Shown here: positions 25,820-39,928 of the stretch, piece after piece
How positions within the stretch are numbered: position 1 is the stretch's first letter
Layout: each line of letters begins with the position of its first letter
NCBI RefSeq assembly: GCF_963921235.1
Contig: NC_086109.1
Span: forward strand, 21,888,001 to 21,952,000
DNA length: 64,000 nucleotides
Source of the DNA: Mobula hypostoma
Taxonomy: Eukaryota
Direction of reading: 5' to 3'
Made by a program: the position numbers and the translations under genes
Notes under the pieces: generated by a model
What the model was told of the DNA's origin: nothing
The model's database searches: none
The model's input: only the letters and a program-made list of their open reading frames with translations

Positions 25820-27074
25820 ATTAATAATACACTTCATTTGTCTCCCTTCCTTCAGTGGTAAAGTCCGTTGTGCTTTGTGGCTTTTGGATGCAATACAAAG
25901 CATTACAATGATAAGGAGTCTTTTGTGTGTGCAAATAGTCTTAGAAACAGTTCCTACATTGTTAGAACACCTCCTCTAAGAACAAAAGGAACATTGATCA
26001 TTTAAAACATATTTTCATCTGTGCTAAAAGTATACAAAATCATAGTCTACAGAAGCCACAGTTAACATATGAGAGGTTACTATTGGTCAGAAAATCTAAT
26101 GTGAGCTAGACTAAACCAGTAACTGTTATCATAGCAACTGGATCTTAACCCATAATTGCAAACAGATGCTTTTTCAAATGGTTGCTCTCTTCTGCGACTC
26201 CACAGTTCAAGCCCTTATGCCAGAGCTTTACATAAAGCCTCTCATATTTTCACCAAGGCTCGCCTCTTGTGGCCCTTTGGCAAATTTCCTCTTCTTCCTT
26301 CTTCTATTTTGAGAACCCTCATAAGCATGGTTTTGTCAGCAATCAAAGATTCATCCACTAGCCAGTCCCGGAAATGGGAGAGGAATCCGAGGGAAGTGCC
26401 AGGGGCTCCAGAGACACAAGAGACTGCAGATGCTGAAATCTGAAGTGACAAACAATATTCTGGAGGCATTCAGAAGATCAAGCATCACATGTGGGATGAA
26501 AGAAATTGGCAACACTTCATCCTGATGCAGGATCTTGACCCAAAACATCAACAATTCCTTTCCTCCTATAGATGTTGTTCAACCCACTGAGTTCTTCCAG
26601 CATATTGTTTGACTATCAGGGACACCAGCTTCCTACTTTAATCAGTGCAGTCATAGCAGAACATTCAATGCACTCTTGGTAGAATAGCACTAATATACAG
26701 AGTAGGCATACCTAAAATATCACTGTTTATTACATCTTGAGCTGTTGCCTAGCTAAACACTTAAAGTGGAGTGGAGATGGAAACAGAGCAGACATTTTCC
26801 ACACATTAATATTCTGTCAAGTTCTGCATTAATAAGGAAATAACTTGTTATGTTGATACTGATTCAAGAATAATTTTTTTTGCAATCCAATAAGTAAAAT
26901 TATGGCAGTAATCTTTTACCTGCTCATGAGAAAAGTGAATGAAGGGTAAACTTGCACCAGAGTTACCACCTCTGATGGTGCAGCATTCCTTTTGTTCTGC
27001 TCCGCAAGGTTTAGGTTGGACTTCGCTCTCTTGCGTGGAAACCTGAACTAAGTTGGTGCTGTGCTGTTCTGAGT

Positions 27075-27596
27075 AACACACAAGAAATGCTGAGGCAACC
27101 AGCAGGTCAGGTGGCATCTGTGGAGACAAATAAACAGTTGACGTTTTGGACTGAGACTCTTCTTCAGGACTTCATCTCTGTTTTTCCACTCCCCATTCTG
27201 GCTGCCCTCTTACCCCTTTTCTCCTCACCTGCCTATCGCCTCCTTCTGGTGCCCCTCCTCCTTCTCTGTCTTCCATGGTCCAACTCTCCTGCCCTATCAG
27301 ATTCATTTATTTTCATCCCTTTACCTTTTCCACCTATCACATCCCAGCTTCTCATTTCATCCCTCCTCGCTCACCCACCCACTTGACCCCTGACCTGGTC
27401 TCACCTATCGCCTGCTGCTTATACTCCTTCCCCTCCTACCACCTTCTTATTCTGGCCCTCGTCCTCCCCAGTCCCCACGGTGTGACTCAGGCCGAAAAGT
27501 TTCCTCTCCATGGATGCTGCTTCACCTGTGGAGTTTCTCCAGCGTTTTGTGTGTCTTACTCTGGATTTCCAGCATCTGCAGAATCTCTTGTGTTTA
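27075..27596 (+). mobile_element. Penelope-like fold-back insertion (inverted 5' pLTR piece + direct 3' end), ~17-bp TSD
   Basis: TGCTGTGCTGTTCTGAG (27057-27073) and TGCTGTGCTATTCTGAG (27597-27613) flank it. The ends are mutually inverted. Confidence 0.8.
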
Positions 27597-27949
27597 TGCT
27601 GTGCTATTCTGAGATAGCTTGGAACTTAATCCATAAGATCATAAGATAAAAGAGCAGAATTAAACTACTGGGCCCACCAAGTCTGCTCAGCCATTCTTGT
27701 TTCAAATTGACTGATGATCTAAACTAGATGTGCTCAGTTGGGCTTGGTGAGCCATTTACATGTTGGAACAGAACTGTTGCTGGATTCTGGTGCCCGAGCG
27801 CAGTAGTAGATCAAGGTCACTGGCAAGCACAATAGTCTCAAACAACATGGAACATTTTACGGCGGTCACTTGTTCAAAACGGTATCAAACATACAAAGAG
27901 GCAGAGCGTGTTAAAAACACCGAGTGGGACTTGAATCTACAAAAAGGAA

Positions 27950-30060
27950 AGGGTTCAAACTTCAAAGTAAGTTTTATTATCAATGTACAAATATATCACT
28001 ATATACAACCCTGAGATTCATCCTCCTGTGGGCATGCTCAATGAATCTATAGAATAGTAACTATAACAGAATCAATGAGCAACCGCCAAACTAGAGTCTT
28101 CAACCAGAGTGCAGAAGGGAGCAAACTGAGCAAATGCAAAAAGAAGAAACAATAATATAAATAAATAAGCAATAAATGTCAAGAACCTGAGATAAAGAGT
28201 CCCTGAAAGTGAGTGTGGTGTCCGTGAGAATGTTTCAACGATGGCCAAGTGAAGTTGAGTGAAGATTTCCCCCTTTTTTCCTAGAGCCTGATGGTTGAGG
28301 GGTAGCAACCGTTCCTAAACCTGGAGGTGCAAGTTCTAATGCCCCTGCACCCTCCTCCTGATGGCAGCAGCAAGAGGAGAGGATGTCCAGGGTGGCGGGG
28401 GTCCCCAGTGAAGGACACTGCCCTCCCGTGACAGCGCTTCACGTAGATGTGCTCAGTTGTTGGGAGGGCATCACCCATGATAGAATGGGCCACATCCACC
28501 ACCCTTTGTAGAACTTTCCATTGGCACTTCCACACCAGGCCATGACACAGCCATCAGTACAACCTCCACCACATACCTACAGAAGCCTGCCAAAGTTCTA
28601 GACATCGTGCCAATTCTCAGCAAACCCCCAAACTGCCGAGCCTTCCTCACAACTACACTTACATGCAGGACCCAGAACAGGTCCCCTGAAGTAATGCCTA
28701 TGGCTTTAAAGTTGCCAACCCTTTTCATTTCTAATCCTCCAATGAAGACGGGCTCATGATCCTCTGGTTTCATCTTCCTGAAGTCTATCATCGGTACCTC
28801 GGTCCTGCTGATATTGAGTGAGAGGTTCAATCTCCCTGACTCATCACCACCTTTGATTCAGCCTACGACAGCACTGTCATCAGCAAACTTGAATGTGACA
28901 TTGGAGGTGTGCTTAGCCATACAGTTATAAGTGTAAAGTGAGTAGAGCTGGGAGCTGAGCACACAACCTTGTGGTGCACCTGTGCTGACGGAGATTGTGG
29001 AGGAGATGTTGTTGACAATCTGAACTGGCTGAGGTCTGCAGGTGAGGAAATAGAGGATCCAATTGCACTAGGAGGTATTGAAGCCAAGGTCTAGGATATT
29101 ATTGATTAGTTTTGAGGGGATGATGGTACTGAATGCTGAGCTGTAGTTGATGAAGAGAATCGTAATCTATTCATCGTTGCTGTCCAGATATTTCAGGGTT
29201 GAGAGAAGAGCCAATGAAATGGCATCTGCTGTGAACCTATTGCTCCTGTAGGCAAACTGGAGAGGATACTCCAGTTTCATAAGGCCAGTGATGTTGTGGG
29301 GATGGAACTGGACTCTCTGACGGTGGTGTCTGAAAAGAGGATGCTGTCCAAGTTGCATGCCATCTTGGACAATGTCTCCCATCCACTACGTAATGTCCTG
29401 GTTGGGCACAGGAATACATTCAGCCAGAGACTCATTCCACCGAGATGCAACACTGACTGTCATAGGAAGTCATTCCTGCCTGTGGCCATCAAACTTTACA
29501 ACTCCTCCCTTGGAGGGTCAGTCACCCTGAGCCAATAGACTGGTCCTGGACTTATTTCCTGGCATAATTTACATATTACTATTTAATTATTTATGGTGCA
29601 ACTGTAATGAAAACCAACTTCCCCCGGGATCTATAAAGTATGACTATGACTATGACTACAAGTCACCTCTCAGACACGAGTTAATATGTTTCGTCACCAA
29701 CCTCTCAAAACACTTCATCTCTGTGGATGTAAGTGCTACTGGACGACAGGCACTGAGGCAGTTCACCACGCTCTTCTTGGGCTCCGGTATGATTGAAGCC
29801 TGCTTGAAGTAGTTGGGTACCATACACTGCCAAAGCAAAAGAGTAAGGATCTCAGTGAACACACCAGTCAGCACAGGTCTTTAGTACATGGTCAGGTACT
29901 TTGACTGGGACAGACCTTTTCATAGATTCTCCCTCCTGAAGGAAGTTCACACATCAGCTTCAGAGACTGAAATCATTGGATCATCAGGGGATGTGGAAGT
30001 TCATGATGGTTCCTCCATATTTTAATGGTCAAAGCAAACATGGGAGCCATTGAGCTCATC
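27950..30060 (-). mobile_element. Rex1/L2-like LINE with RT, degraded and interrupted
   Basis: Minus peptides RPVALTSTEMKCFERLV and PLQFAYRSNRFTADAIS, a GAPQG-like region near 28970, and a 3' tail near 27950. Confidence 0.85.
29275..29657 (+). mobile_element. 5'-truncated Rex1 copy inserted in an older LINE
   Basis: Near-identical to 1488-1888, including the (TATGAC)n tail. It splits the host RT between RGDL and PLQFAY. Confidence 0.92.
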
Positions 30061-30701
30061 TGGATTCTACCCAAACTGCTTTAACTGAAGGCTTCCACCC
30101 AACCAGGAGCATTGCCAATATTTAAAAAATATCCACCTTGTTGTTGCATGAATTAAGTCACCATAGAGTACTACTGGTAGATATGAAGCAGGAATCATAT
30201 TGAGAACCTTCGGTGGAAAGGTCTGCTAACCCAACGCTACCCGACATTTTATGTGCTAAACATCAAAGGACAATTCCATATTTACAATGCTTCCACATTT
30301 CTTTCTTTGAAACTACACACAAACTTCACACCTCCCAATTCGCACCCACACCACAGACATCTAAACGAATTATAATCAGCGTTGTCTGGTATGTGACTCA
30401 AGGCTTTTAGGAATGGATTGTTCAGAGCTGCATTTTAAATTAAATCCACAATCCATATTCAGATTTGAAGATTGGTGGTTGGAGTTATTTGCTATATGTG
30501 TAAAACCCAAAAATCACTCTAACTCACTGACTTCAGATTCCCATTTAAATGTGGGATATGACTAAACCTTTCCTTTCACCTTTCTCTTTCCCACAATGCA
30601 GGGAACCAAACAGTCTTGCACATGAATGTCTTCCATGCTGGTGTACTGCATTCCATTTTCACAATGTGAACACAGGCTGGGTGATTGCTCTGAGAAAGAC
30701 T

Positions 30702-31573
30702 TGTTGGCCAGAAGAAACTATAGTCTAATCAAGGACAGGGGAAGCACCCCAGACAAGCCAGTTGTCTTTGTTTCCCACTTTTTATGGACTCTAAACTGAT
30801 TCTTGCTCTTGGATAATCTAATCAGCAACTGAAGGTGGACACAGGAAGCTTCAGGTAATGATCTGCTAAACCTGAGACCACTCTCAAACAAGTAGCCATT
30901 TGTTATGTAAAGGGCGTGGACTCTGAACTGATTCTTGACTCTGGGACAATCTAATCAGAGCAATACTCGGAGAACGTTCTCAGAGGAGTAGCTACTTGTT
31001 ATGTAAAATGCCAGACCTACCAAAGAAATTATCTGAAATCTCCTTAGACTCCGTCTGGGTTGCCTCATTCAATTGGTTTGGACCAGTCAGAGTGTAAAGA
31101 CACAAATACACAAGGCTGGGGTGAACAGAACCATGAAACAATGTTGGTTGTAGCCCTGTACAATGACTGGTAAGAAGGTAACCCAGGTAGGTCAGGTGAC
31201 CTTGAGTCAATGGGATGGAGATCCAATGGTTCAATTGATGAAGAACAGGTATAGGACTCAGGAGCTCCAAATACGCAGGGGCAATAACTCTCCAGCAGCC
31301 AGAGACCAACCATCGCGGATAAGAAGGATCCCACGGACACGTGGAAATCGGGACCACGAGCAACCCCTAGCCAGTGTAGACTCCTTTGCTGGGTAATACT
31401 CTTTCTCTTCATTGACTGTTCATGGAGTCTCAGGGATTCTAGTAGGGAGCACACAGGTAGATAAGAGTGTGAACCCACACGCTCTTTAGTTGAAACAATA
31501 AAAGTTACTAGTCGGTAAATACAGATTTTCTGTGCCTTACTGATCATTATTACAAGGCGTGATTCTTGTAACA
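30702..31573 (+). mobile_element. Solo LTR, 872 bp, 4-bp TSD
   Basis: TGTT...AACA termini. GACT at 30698-30701 and 31574-31577. AATAAA at 31497. Duplicated U3-like blocks. Confidence 0.85.
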
Positions 31574-31689
31574 GACTTGTGTTTAGTTCACTACCAGATT
31601 AATCCCCTCTCCCACTCCTAATCTCACCACCCTGCTGGTGATCTCTTGCACTGTTATAATGAGGCCCAAGGCAAGTCTGATGAATATAA

Positions 31690-32910
31690 AACATAGAATA
31701 GCAGAACAGGAACAGGCCCTTTGGGCTGTCTGTGCTGAACGTGTTGGCAAATTAAACTAATCCTTACTGTCTGCACACAATCCATTTCCTGGGTATTCAG
31801 ATGCCTTTCTGAAAGACTCTTGAACATCGCTATTAAATCTGCATCCTAGGCTGCACCTTCCAGGCGTCAACAACTCTAAATATGACAAATTTGCCCCACA
31901 AATCCCCCTAAACATTTCGAGCAACACACACAAAATGCTGCCTGGCCTGCTGAGGTTCCTTCAGCATTTTGTGTGTGTTGCTCAGATTTCCAGCATCTGC
32001 AGATTTTCCCTTGTTTGCCCCTTAAACATTTCCCCTTTTGCCTTAAAGCTATGGTCTCAGGTATTCAAGATGTTTTTTACCCTGGGGAGAAAGCTCCAGA
32101 CTGCCTATCCTATCTATGCCCCTCATAATTTAACAAACCTCTATCAGTTCTCCCCTCAGCCTCTGCCAGATGAGAGACAACAAACCAAGTTTGTCCTTAC
32201 AGTACGTGCCCTCTAATCCAGAAAGAATCCCCGTAGACCTCTTCTCTATCTCCCCCAAAGCCTCATCGTTCTTTCTTTAATGGGGAGGAGAAAACTGCAC
32301 ACTATTCTCCAAGTGCTGCCTAATCAAAGCTTTATGCAATTGCATCATAACTCTTGACTCTCAAACTTGATGTCCCTAGTCATGAAGGCAAGCGTGCAAT
32401 ATGTTTTCTTCACCACTCCACCACTCATGTTGTCACTTTCAGGGAGGTAAGGCATTGGTTCTCAGGCGGCCATCAGGGTCTGCACGAAGTCCAGCTCCTT
32501 CAGCAACTCACTGATGGGGTGGACCTGCAGTACTTTAAGCTCTTAATGTCCAACAGGGTCTTGCAATCACAACAAATATATTTTTTAAAAAGACAATAGC
32601 ACCTTTGGTTGAACCTGTAGAAGCCGCTGCATCTGAGCAGGCCAGGAGTGACATTTTTGTGTCATCTGTAAACATAATAATCAATCTATTTACATTTTCA
32701 TTCAAGTAGTTTACGTAATGATAAACAATATGTCTCCCAGCATTGAACCCTGTAGAAAACAACTGGTCAGACCTCCAGCCAGAATCACACCCTTCTATCA
32801 TTGCCCTTTGCCTTCTATGGGAGATCCAATTCTGAATTCAAATGATCAAGTCAGATGGATCCCATGCAACTTAATCTTCCTGATCAACTAATCATGTTAA
32901 ATGCCTTACT
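31690..32910 (-). mobile_element. CR1 LINE fragments, degraded
   Basis: CR1 3' tail at ~31690-31730. Minus peptide NYLNENVNRLIIMFTDDTK. Confidence 0.7.
31919..32017 (+). mobile_element. Minimal Penelope fold-back insertion, ~14-bp TSD
   Basis: GAGCAACACACACAAAATGCTG pairs with CAGCATTTTGTGTGTGTTGCTC. Flanks CCCCTAAACATTTC / CCCCTTAAACATTTC. Confidence 0.75.
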
Positions 32911-34905
32911 CAAGTCCAACACCAAATGAACAACACCTAATCCTCCAAAGGGCACACATTGCACTCAACATTGAATTCTCCAGCTTTAGTCATCTTTCTT
33001 TTTCTTCCAGTCTGTAGCAGACCTGCCCATTTATATTTGTCATTCATCTGAGATCTTGCTTCAGTTTTTCTGAGAAACTGCTAACACTTTGATAGAGTCA
33101 TAGAGCAATCCAGTATGGAAACAGGCCCCTTCACTGAACTCATCTATGCTGAATAAAACACCTCGTCCCATGATTAACCATTCCCCTCTAAACTTTTCCT
33201 AACCATGTACCTGTCCAAGATTTATTTCGTCCAGACCTGATGAAGAGTCACAGCCCGAAAAGTCAACTGTTTATTCCCCTGTCTAACCTGCTGCGTTCCT
33301 CCAACATTTTGTGTGTGTTGCTCTGAATCTCCAGCAAATGCAGAAGTTTCTTTTCAACCTGGCTGTTTTTCCAGCACTGTTTAGAAGGGCTGAAAATTAG
33401 CTATATTAGTGTGAGACGAGAGTCGCCTAAGGCTGGCCTAAGTAAATATGGGAAATTTAGTCTCTTATTCCGTTTCTGACACATGCATCATCCCACCCAG
33501 TGAAACAAGCAAAGCACATCATGATTGAGCAAAGTGAAACAAGCAAATCATATCATGCAAATCCTCAACTTCCCTTATCCAAGTACAGGCCTTCAAATTT
33601 GTCACAAGCTGTTCTGAGGTTTAGTTCAATGCCTCCAGTGCTCTCCAGAGCTCTCCAGAGACACATTTTCCAGATCCACACAAATGTGAGCAGTACTAGA
33701 GCTCAGATCCAGGGACAATGCTGCTTTGTGAAGATCGTCTCACTTTCTACAGGCTGGGAGGGGACTTGCAGTCTCCATTGCCTGCCTGATTCAGCGAACA
33801 AGCATCTAAGTAACAAGAACAGGCCTATTCCCACAGAAACTGCTCTGCTTCCTCTTAGAAAAGTAAATAAACCCATAAAAACCATCAATTACTTATGCAC
33901 ATTAAATAATATAAACTGTTAAGCATTCACAAATAAAACTAGCTATAATATCAATTAGTAATAAATTGTGTATTAAACTTTTAAAATATCCTTAATTTTA
34001 AAGCAACACACGCACACAAAATTTTGGGGGAACTCAGCAGGTCAGGTAGAGATAGTTGACATTTTGGGCCAACACCCTTCTTCAGGACTGAAAAGGAAGG
34101 AGAAGGTGCCAGATTTTATTTTAAATATGCATTGACGTATCCAATCCAGCTGCCCTCAATTTTCAGATTCCATTTTTTTTTCAGATTCATTTTATTCACA
34201 TGAGGTATATTGAAACATACAATGAAAGGCGTTGTTTGTGTTAATAACCAACACAGCCTAAGGATGTGCTGTGGACAACCTGCAAAATTTCACCACACAT
34301 TCCAGCACCAACTTGCCCACAATGCTGAGCACAGCAACACAGAACATAACAAAACAGCGAACCAAGCACTGCTTCCCACACACACACAAAATCATCCCAG
34401 GATCCAGGACAGGTCATCCCTGGACTTCAGCCTCCAGTGGACTCGTGGATTTGCAGCCTTTGGGTTTGGACATCCGCAGCAGACATGCAAACTTAGCGAT
34501 CGGGTCAGGTCATGAGGCCTCAACTTCTGGACTTCCCAACAACCTTCAGGCTGCAATCTTCAATATCGTCTATGAAGCACCTTCAGTAACTCCAAAAGAC
34601 TGAAGTTGGGAAAAATACTGAAAGGCTTTTATTCGTTGTACAATACGACCTCCATGCTGAGTGTCTGCCCCTGGACTGAGGGGGAGGGGCAAGGTGAAAC
34701 ACCTTTCTTCAGGGGTCTGTGGGAGGAGCCACAGGGGCAGTCAGCAGAGAGGCATGTCCAGTTAACCCAGTTACAACATATATATGGTTTACCACAGTCT
34801 AATAGATAATTATCCGTTATCCATTCCTCTTTAGCCATGTTCTGCTCAATGAAGGCAGTTTCATTTTAAAAAATGCTGTAACTGTAATTTATGCTGGTTC
34901 CTTAC

Positions 34906-35238
34906 CTCACAACCCAATCAGTATCACCTGCACCTTTCAACAGGCATCTTCTTAGGTATCAGACACATTTAGTAATTGATTCATATGAACCCACTGACTT
35001 CTTTAGCATGCGGTGCCAGGCTCCCTGTACTTTTATAATCTCTCGTGGCAACCATCCATGACCTCGTGGCCGCAGCATTCTCACAGCATCTCCTAAGCGT
35101 GTGCCTTGTGCAATCACTTCTGGTTCTGGCTGTCCTACCATCAGGTTCAACGAGTTCAGTCATGTTCATAGCCATGCATCCATCTGTTCGCAACCATTTT
35201 GAAGTTGCAAAGTTATAAATAGCATAATTATGCATTAA
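34906..35238 (-). other. Exon-like segment of an unidentified, possibly non-coding transcript
   Basis: Unique sequence bounded on minus by TTCACTTTTCAG| and GAG|GTAAGG. No recognisable protein. Confidence 0.3.
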
Positions 35239-35951
35239 CTGAAAAGTGAACCGGTCTTCAGAAAGTAAAACCTGTACATAATTTATCTTCCAACTACAGT
35301 CCAGTCTTGATAAAGGTCTCGGCCCAAAACATTGTCTATTTTTTCTTTTCCATAGATGCTGCCTGATCCGCTGAGTTCCTCCAGCATTGTGTGTGTGTTG
35401 CTCTGAACTTCCAGCATTGGCAGAATCTCTTATGTTTATGATTAATCTCCAGTTGATAATTTGTGGCTGATGTCTTGTTCACTGGGAATGAGATATTCTC
35501 TGTCCCATTGAAACTACACAAGGAAGGTTTTTGCTATTCATGCATTGTTAAATGTGTATCCCTGCCACTTACGGCACAGTTCAGGACAGATCTGTTCTGT
35601 AACTTAGCCTTCTGGTTAGTTGTATTTTCACGGAGCCAACCTTCAACACTGTAACAAAAGGGATAGATTTTGGGTGTTTGGCCCTTGTGTCAAGACTTTT
35701 GGGACAGACACCACATTCAAAGGGACGTGCTAGCTGGGATGGGCTACCATTGTGAATATGGAATTGTGTAAATTTACATTACTGTATTCCAAGCATTAAA
35801 GGTAAGTAGTTAATCATAGCAATTGAAACTAGTAAATCTTTTATTGTTATCTTTGTGTTGAACTATAAAACATTGTGTCAGGAGGGTGAGAGTCTCCTGG
35901 AATTTCCTGGACTCGCTCTCTCTCTCCTGGAGGTCACTGTGTGAATAAATA

Positions 35952-36582
35952 ATCAGAATTAGAATCAGGTTTAATATCATCAGCATACGTTGTGAAATTT
36001 GTTAACTTTGTGGTGGCTACACAATGCAATACTTGACAAAAATAAACAAAAAAGCTGAATTGCAGTAAGTATAAATATATGTTTACGTTAAATAGTTAAG
36101 TTAAAATTAGTAGTGCAAAAAACAAATTTTAAAGAAGTACAGTAGTGAGGTAGTGTCCAAGGGTTCAATGTCCATTTAGAAATCGGATGGCAGAGGGGAA
36201 GAAGCTGTTCCTGAATCACTGAGTGTGTGCCTTCAGGCTTCTGTACCTCCTTCCTGATGGTAACATTGTGAAGAGGGCACGTCCTGAGAGGTGGTGTCCT
36301 TAATAATGGACGCCGCCTTTTTGAGGCTCCGCTCCTTGAAGATGTCTTGGATACTGTGGAGGCTAGTACCCACAATGGACCTGACTAAATTTACAACTCT
36401 CTGCAGCTTACTTCGATCCTGTGCAGTAGCACCCACCCACCCACACATACACACACACCAGACAGTGACGCAGCCAGTCAGAATGCTCTCCACAGAACAT
36501 CAGAAGAAGCTTGAGTGCTTTAGATGATATAACCAAAAATCCTCAAACCCCTAATGAAATATAGCCACTGTCTTGCCTTCTT
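35952..36582 (-). mobile_element. Rex1/L2-like LINE 3' fragment
   Basis: Minus peptide ESILTGCVTVW..LQRVV..KKAASIIKD. (TCTGAT)n tail. Confidence 0.75.
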
Positions 36583-36641
36583 CATATATCCCCAGTCACC
36601 CATTGCTCAGTTTTAGTTCGGTCATGAAACCAGTGGCTTAC

Positions 36642-36837
36642 TTCAGATGAAACCAATATAAGCCGAAGACTCATGGAATGTAAGGACCTTCTGTCCTGAA
36701 TCTGTAGCTTCAATTTTTCCTTCACTGTGCAACCTGACTCCAGAACTTCTCCGATACTCTCTGTGAAGCTGCATGGCTCATTCAACAACGACCCAGCAGA
36801 GGTTCGTAGTCGGAAAGAGTAACTACTCCGCTACCAA
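36642..36837 (-). other. Exon-like segment of an unidentified, possibly non-coding transcript
   Basis: Unique sequence bounded on minus by TGTTGATTTTCAG| and GAA|GTAAGC. Confidence 0.3.
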
Positions 36838-38326
36838 CTGAAAATCAACAGTGTGCTTTTTCTGTTTTCTCTACATTCTCTACTCACTCAAGCAGAAACA
36901 GGTCACGCTTATTGCCTGTGCAGTGTCTATCAGCTCTTTAGCATTGTTACTGGCAGACAAAAATAAACAGGAGTAGATTTATCAACTGGATGTCCTTTAC
37001 TGAAGGCAGTAACCCTCAGCTAAAATAACAATGTCTGATATATTGGTTCAAGGTTATACCACTTGATAAATTTTGTTTTCTAAAGGTAACCTTTCACTTA
37101 TAAACACAGCACAGAACAAGCCAGTGATGTCTTGAAATGTGGTCTCTGAGCATACTCATATGCAAGCATCACCTGTATACTTGATGTCCGTAACTGAGGC
37201 TGATTTGGCCTTGTTTCTGGCATGGGGGGGCCATCAGGGGTTGAACTCTTTCCCTCATTCCATGTAGGTCAATGTTGGAAGTGAGGTGAGATTTGCAACA
37301 AGTAAGATTGAGTAGATTGGTGAGCTGATGCCACTGATTTCCTTGGGCCCGGTGGGCATGAAATGAGTCTGTGGTGCACCCGACATGAAGATCATGGCTT
37401 CCATATCATCGAGGAATGGACAACTGTTGGTGACAAGTTTAAGAGGACAGTTAATTAACAGAAGAATCGTCTATGTTCTCTCCAGTTGGTGGAACTTTAG
37501 AAAGCCCATATACAATGTTTGATGGTGTCCAATATTTTTCTTGAATCTTCTTGAATTTCTCAAGCAAACTTGATGGGCCAAATGGCCTAATTCTACTCCT
37601 ATGTCTTTTGGTTTGTCACATGGTGAAGGTCATGTATTTCTTGATCAAAGGAGCAATAGGGATTTTATTTTCCCCTTTGTCCAGGGACTAGGACTTGGTG
37701 TGACCCAGTAGACTAGACGTTGGCACAATAACTTTCCAGAGCCAGCGATCACCAGTCTGGACTCAAACCCCTTCACTACCCTTTCGGAGTTTGTACGTTT
37801 CCCCCGGAACCAATCATAAAGAAGAGAAAATCTGCAGGTGCTGGAAATCCGAGCAACACACACAAAGTGCTGGCGGAGCTCAGCAGGCCAGGCAGCATCT
37901 AGGGAAAAGAGTGTGCAATCGACATTTCAGGCCGAGACCGTTCGGCAGGACACCCTGCCCTGTGACCACGTGGGTTTCATCCAATGCCCCAGCTTCCTCC
38001 CACGTTCCAAAGAAGTGCAGGTTAGAAAGTTGTGGGCAAACTATGTCAGCATCAGAAGTGTGATGATGCTTGCGGGCCTCCTAGCACAATCCTCACTGAT
38101 TTGATGCAAACGGAGCATTTCACTGCATGTTTTGATGTTTCAATGTACATGTGACAAATAAAGCCAATCTTCACCTTGTTGGATCTTATCTTGTACTCAG
38201 TGCCCATACTCTGCAGATAACACTGTCCTGCACTTAGCAATCACTCATTTGAAAAGTTTTACCCAGCTCGCCAGCATCTAAAGTACAAATATATATATAT
38301 TCAGCAAAATTGCCAACAAGTTAGTA

Positions 38327-39928
38327 CAAACAAGAGCAAATCTGCACGTACTGGAGGAACTCAGCAGGCCAGGCAGCATCTATGGAAAAAAGTAAAGTCA
38401 ATGTTTCGGGCCAAAACCATTCGGCAGGGCCGGAGAAAAAAAAACCTGAGGAGTAGGCTTAAAAAGTGGGGGGAGGGGAGAGAGAACCACCAGGTGACAG
38501 GTGAAACCCAGTTGGCATGAAATAAACGGTGCTTCAGTAGTCTTGTGTACTGACCTCTACTTTGCTGAGGCCCAGCGTCAACTCTCAGATACCTCCTCTT
38601 ACTTACCCCTCTAACAGAACCCCACTAAGGAGCACCAGGCTATTGTCCCCCACACCATTTTATTGAGTCTGGGGCTCTCCCATCCACCACTGCCAACCTC
38701 ATAGTTCCCGCACCCCTCATCTCCCGTTTCTACCGCCTATCCAAGGTCCACAAATCCAATTGTCCAGGTAGACCCATTGTTTCAGCTTGTTCCTGCTCCA
38801 CTGAACTCATATCGGCTTACCCTGACTCTGTTTTATCCTCCCCTAGTTCAGTCCCTTCCTACCTACATCCGTGACACCTCACATGCTCATGATCTTTTCA
38901 AGGATTTCAAGTTCCCTGGCCCCCCTCATCTCATTTTTACTATGGATATCCATATACCTCCATCCCCCACCAGGAAGGCCTCAAAGCTCTCAACCACATC
39001 TCTCCATTTCACACATGTCTGCTCTTACCCCATCCTCCTGCCACCCTACCAGGGATAGGGTTCCTCTTGTCCTCACCTACTACCCCACCAGCCTCTGCAT
39101 CCAGCACACAATTCCCCACAACTTCCACCATCTCCAATAGGATCCCACCACCAAGCATACCTTTCCCTCTTCCCCCTCCCCCCACAACTTTCTGCTTTCT
39201 GCAGTAGTCACTCCTACACAACTCCCTTGTCCATTCGTCCTTCCCCACAGATTTCCCTCCTGGTACTTACCCTTGCAAGCAGAACAAATGCTACACCAGC
39301 CCCTCCACCTCCTCTCTCAGTACCATCCAGGGCCCTAAACAGTCCTTCCAGGTGAGGCAACACTTCACCTGTGAGTCTATTGGGGTCACATACTCTGTTG
39401 GGTGCTCCCAGTGTGGCATCTTGTACATCGGTAAAACCCAATGTAGATTGGGAGACTGCTTTACTGAGCATCTACGCTCCATCCGCCAGAACAAACAGGA
39501 TCTCCCAGTGGCCACCCATTTAATTCCACTTCCCATTCTCATTCCGATATGTCCAAGTTCACTGTCGTGATGAGGTCGCACTTAGGTTGGAGGAACAATA
39601 CCTTACATTCTGTTTGGGTAGCCTCTAACCTGATGGCATGAACATTGATTTCTCAAACTTCCAATAATGCTCCCCAGCAGCCCCCACCCCTCCTCCATTA
39701 CTCATCCTCTTTCCCCTCTCTCACCTCATCTCACCAATCAACTTCCCAGCTCTTTATTTCATTCCCCACCCCCCAGGTTTCACCTATCACCTCTCTCTCA
39801 CATCCCCCCACCTTTTAAATCTACTCCTCAGCCTTTTTCTCTCCAGTCCTGCCGAAGGGTTTTGGCCAGAAGCATCAACTGTACTTTTTTCCATAGATGA
39901 TGCGTTCCTCCAGCATTTTGCGTGTGTT
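38327..39928 (+). mobile_element. Penelope-like element remnant: inverted pLTR, RT fragment, GIY-YIG endonuclease, pLTR
   Basis: FYRLSKVHK..GRPIVS (RT). FTCES..CSQCGILYIGKT..RLGDCFTEHLRS..PVATH (GIY-YIG). Termini in inverted orientation. Confidence 0.9.

Noticed and set aside
25215..25979. 254-aa plus-strand ORF
   Set aside because: It runs antisense through the GC-rich RTE-derived element and across both TSDs. No recognisable domain.
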